Of a stretch of 37,368 nucleotides of DNA, positions 33,934 to 37,368 are shown one piece after another. Origin of the DNA: Catajapyx aquilonaris (taxonomy: Eukaryota); the NCBI GenBank assembly GCA_000934665.2, contig JYFJ02003885.1:1-37368 (forward strand). The letters run 5' to 3'. Position 1 is the stretch's first letter; the number at the start of each line of letters is the position of its first letter. The notes beneath the pieces are model-generated. The model saw only the letters and a program-made list of their open reading frames with translations. It did no database searches and was not told the origin of the DNA. The position numbers and the translations under genes were made by a program.

Positions 33934-36117
33934 AAACCATACACAAGTACTGTATACCGGTATACCTAACTGGATCATGACTCGTGAATTTCACTGTTAT
34001 TTTGTCAATAAGATGTCTTGTTTTGTATAGGCCACCTAATATCACTTACATGAGTCCCCATCACAGTTCAGGCTTTCCAGAAAATAGCCTATGTTTTGGA
34101 AAGGAACCCAAAGTGGGAGGAGGGTGTATTGGGATTTCAGTCCACATTTTGGATTCTCAGTGGCAAACTACGACAAAAAAAAGAAGTCTCCTCCCTTCCA
34201 TGATCCATCCCACGGGGTTAGAAAACCCCGAATAAATGCAACACGCTGTGTTATTGTTCCGAGTGAAAGATTAGACTGCTCGTGTACGTTGGGTGAAGTT
34301 GTGGCTTTGGGAAAAACCAAGTAGTCATATAAACGGATGATATACGACGCCCTAGATTTTTTTTCTCGCCCCTTAAGGGCCTTCTGGAGATGTTTAAAAA
34401 GGAATCCGGTCTTTTGAGAAGGGATTTCATATTTCACTCCTTGCCTTATGATGCAATCCTCCTTCTCCAACCCTTCAAGTCAGTGACCGAAACACCGGAC
34501 ACGTTTCGTCGACCATTATGCTATCGATTAATCCATTTGGCCAATGTGACAGCTCGCGGAAGGAAGAGAGGCTTGCTTCTCAAATGCCTTCTCCGATTGT
34601 CACGCGTCCTTTACCGCACCCCCAAACCAAAAGGGGAGGTTGAAGCCCGGGTGGAATAAAAGGAAAAAAAACTAAATAGAAAACTATACAACAAAGTAAT
34701 AGAATCCTTACTCCCCAACTTGACAGTCGTACTGTATATAAAACTCAGGAAGAACGAGCCTGTTCTCTCACGGTGTCTTCATTGAGTGACTATCATTCCC
34801 ACAAACTTCATGACCACGACTAGAACAATGCAATTTCTAGAAAGAAAATCTCTCTCGGCGCAAAGAAGGACAGGCTCTATAGTCGACGCTGGACTTCACT
34901 TTATAGCGTCAAATAATGCAGTGGAGCAAAAGTTGTGGGGCTCTTTCAGACTTGGCACACTTGAGAGAAGTCTTTTTTCCACGAAACGTCGATATTCCCG
35001 CCAACTGTAGCAGCTTATATACAAATCTCTCGAATCTCCTTATATACAAATCTCCCACGCCTAATTAATGCATTTTCGGAGGAATTAGTTCGAATCCATT
35101 CCCGGCATTGAATTTGTACGTGCACAAATAACAAAGGGTACAAATAACAAAGATCAGACTTTTTGTATTCTTACAGGTCTGTAGGCAAATTGATGCAATT
35201 CAATTCCGGCCAATTATGTTCAGAAAATCCCATGTGTCTGTCACAGCCAAAAGAGAGCTCTAATGTGATGTATCATTTTCCTAGTTCCAGGCTACTTTTA
35301 GTGTTTAGGGGAGGGGGAAAAACAGAGGGGAAGTATCCCTCGGCCATCTATGTGCATTTCAGGGCAAGGGAAGGGCAATATTTAAATATAGCGAAGGGAT
35401 ATCTACGGAGTCGTTTTACCCATTCTAAATCGATATAACGATTTGGGGATTGAATTACCTATTATGACGATGCGAATGTACCCTCCTTCCACAATACTCT
35501 AGTCCGTCTCTTTTTATGTGCTTTTTTTTCTCTTTCTCCCGGAGGTGGTGGAGAATATCGGGATGCCTTAGGCTTAGGGTTTGATAATGGATAAATACTG
35601 ATGTGAATTTCAAGTCAGCTTTCGGGACTGTCATAGGATATGGAGGCTACACTACAGGCGAAGTACAGCGCATGTATCTGAAACTTGGCTGCAAATTAAT
35701 ACGATTATAATATGACTTATAATTTATTGATTACAAATTGGTTACTGTGCATATAGGTAGACATTAATTCCGTGTAAATTATTGAAAAATTACTGATAAT
35801 TTCCTGAATCAGCATAGCCTATACGTTGTAAAGTTTACATTTTTTCCACGCACAGGAGTGACGCGACGTGTAGGTGGGGCCACCACCTAATCGGCATGCC
35901 TCGGGCTTAGCAGGAGGACAAGGGGATCTTATGAAATAATCCGGGATATTTTTTAAGGACGTCCCTTTATGCATTTTTGACAGGCAATTTGAATTCCAAA
36001 GCCTGTATTTGCATGTGATTCGTGTCAGACATATGACAGAGTGGTCCTTTATGATAACTCCAACAAGATAAACTCAGTGCGTGATTTTCGTAGTTATGTT
36101 GTTAATATAGTATTACT

Positions 36118-36406
36118 GGGGAAGGCGTGGTGGCCGAGATGGTAACGTCTCGGGTTGCTGTGCGAGAGGTGCCGGGTTCAAATCCCCTCCCGGGAGTTCC
36201 CTTTCGCCTCCTGGGGGACTGCACATGACCCATTTCCGTACCTGCACTTGCATCTCTGTCCCCTCCCCAAAACCCAAACCCTTACCCCATTTCCTAGTAT
36301 TCCTTTCACCGGAGAGCGAAGTAAACATTACCAGAAAACTGATTGTGGTGTGACACCCCCCTATAACGACTTAAAGATGTATCACGGGGTAAAATAATTT
36401 TTTTTA
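36118..36406 (+). mobile_element. tRNA-derived SINE, family 2
   Basis: A box TGGCCGAGATGG, B box GGTTCAAATCC. 3' end CCCCCCTA...CACGGGGTA like family 1. Degenerate TSD AATATAGTATTACT / AATAGAGGATTACT (12/14). Confidence 0.82.
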
Positions 36407-36741
36407 AATAGAGGATTACTAGCAGCCGCGGGACTGGTTGTAACCATATTGGCAGAGAGTGTGAAGATTTCCAAAGCTGAACAGTCGAAAAAAAACAAAA
36501 CATTTTTCTACATTGAAGGCGCTGAGGAAGAGTAGGTCTACTTGAATCGACTTGAATATTAAAATGCGCTACTGACCATGCACCTCGCCGTAATATGTTA
36601 TTAAGGAAAATGATAACTACTCTGGTTGGTCCACCATGTCCAGTGATGCCAATGTAAAGTACAGTAAGACAGTAAGTAAGAATAAGTTGTTATATTTCTT
36701 GGTAAGTGGCTGATTGGAATAATTTCAATAAAGTCAAAATA

Positions 36742-36926
36742 CAGTTTAATCCGGATATAACGGCCTCGCCTATAACGAACTTTCGGTTAAAACATACTCG
36801 AAAGGCCGGTGCCGGCATACTTCCATAATATATTATATGGCTTATCGTGTATTCGGCTATAACAGACCTTGGTTATAACAGACGGATTTCCGCGGTCCCT
36901 TGAAGCGTTATATCCTGATTCAACTG
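36742..36926. mobile_element. Tigger/pogo-type MITE
   Basis: TA-CAGTTTAATCCGGATATAACG ... CGTTATATCCTGATTCAACTG-TA. Internal TATAAC repeats. Confidence 0.88.
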
Positions 36927-37030
36927 TAATATTTAAAACTGAAAAATTTTCTCTAACAGGATGACATTCCCTCATAATGAAGTAAAATACGGTACTATCT
37001 ATACTCAATGCACAAAAACTGAAACATATA

Positions 37031-37368
37031 CAGGGTGTTTATGAAAAACACCGACAAACCTATATCACCCCCGACCTAGGGACCAGACGATCACATTATG
37101 TAGATGAATGATTATTCCTGGGCCGCCTCATTACCGCGCAAATCGCCTTCAAACAGGTAGTATAAAATATCCTGGAAGTTAGGCCACCCAACGAACCCTT
37201 CCCCAGTCAGAAGGGTCTGGAAGGTCTGGGGGCCGGACTTTGTTGGTTTGTTGCCCGCAGGTGGTAAGGCCCCCTTACCGAAATTTTCTCTACCTCGCGG
37301 CGAGGTCGTCAGACGAGCTTATGGCCACCCAACCGCATACTAGCGGTTGTTTCATTTCGCTATGTCGC
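37031..37368. mobile_element. Left part of a Tc1/mariner-type MITE related to 17400-17837
   Basis: TA-CAGGGTG start. Shares CACAT(C/T)A(C/T)GTAGAT and TAGTATAAAATATCCTGG with 17498-17544. Right end not seen in the window. Confidence 0.6.

Overview
Eukaryotic, AT-rich invertebrate (probably arthropod, by inference) genomic DNA dominated by transposable elements. No intact long CDS is present, and most ORFs in the supplied track are noise from repeats, palindromes and microsatellites. Well-supported content: four copies of one tRNA-derived SINE with 14-17 bp TSDs; two other tRNA-SINEs; a Buster-type hAT with a nested hAT; piggyBac, Tc1/mariner, Tigger/pogo, Harbinger and Sola-like MITEs, several of them nested; and a deleted mariner. 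Less explained: (i) a family of ~370-bp elements with an almost fully palindromic core, non-matching ends and 8-bp TSDs, whose two arms change in step within each copy; (ii) two back-to-back spacerless perfect palindromes; (iii) an island at ~21.3-28.0 kb with two decayed compact TATA-driven genes with 53-68-nt introns, a ~150-bp tandem array and a convergent, heavily degraded Ginger/retroviral-type integrase-like relic. The island may be the fossil of a large cargo-carrying or virus-like mobile element (inference). A possible host promoter and first exons lie at ~8.1-8.7 kb on the minus strand. Family assignments come from termini, TSDs and remembered motifs, not from database searches.
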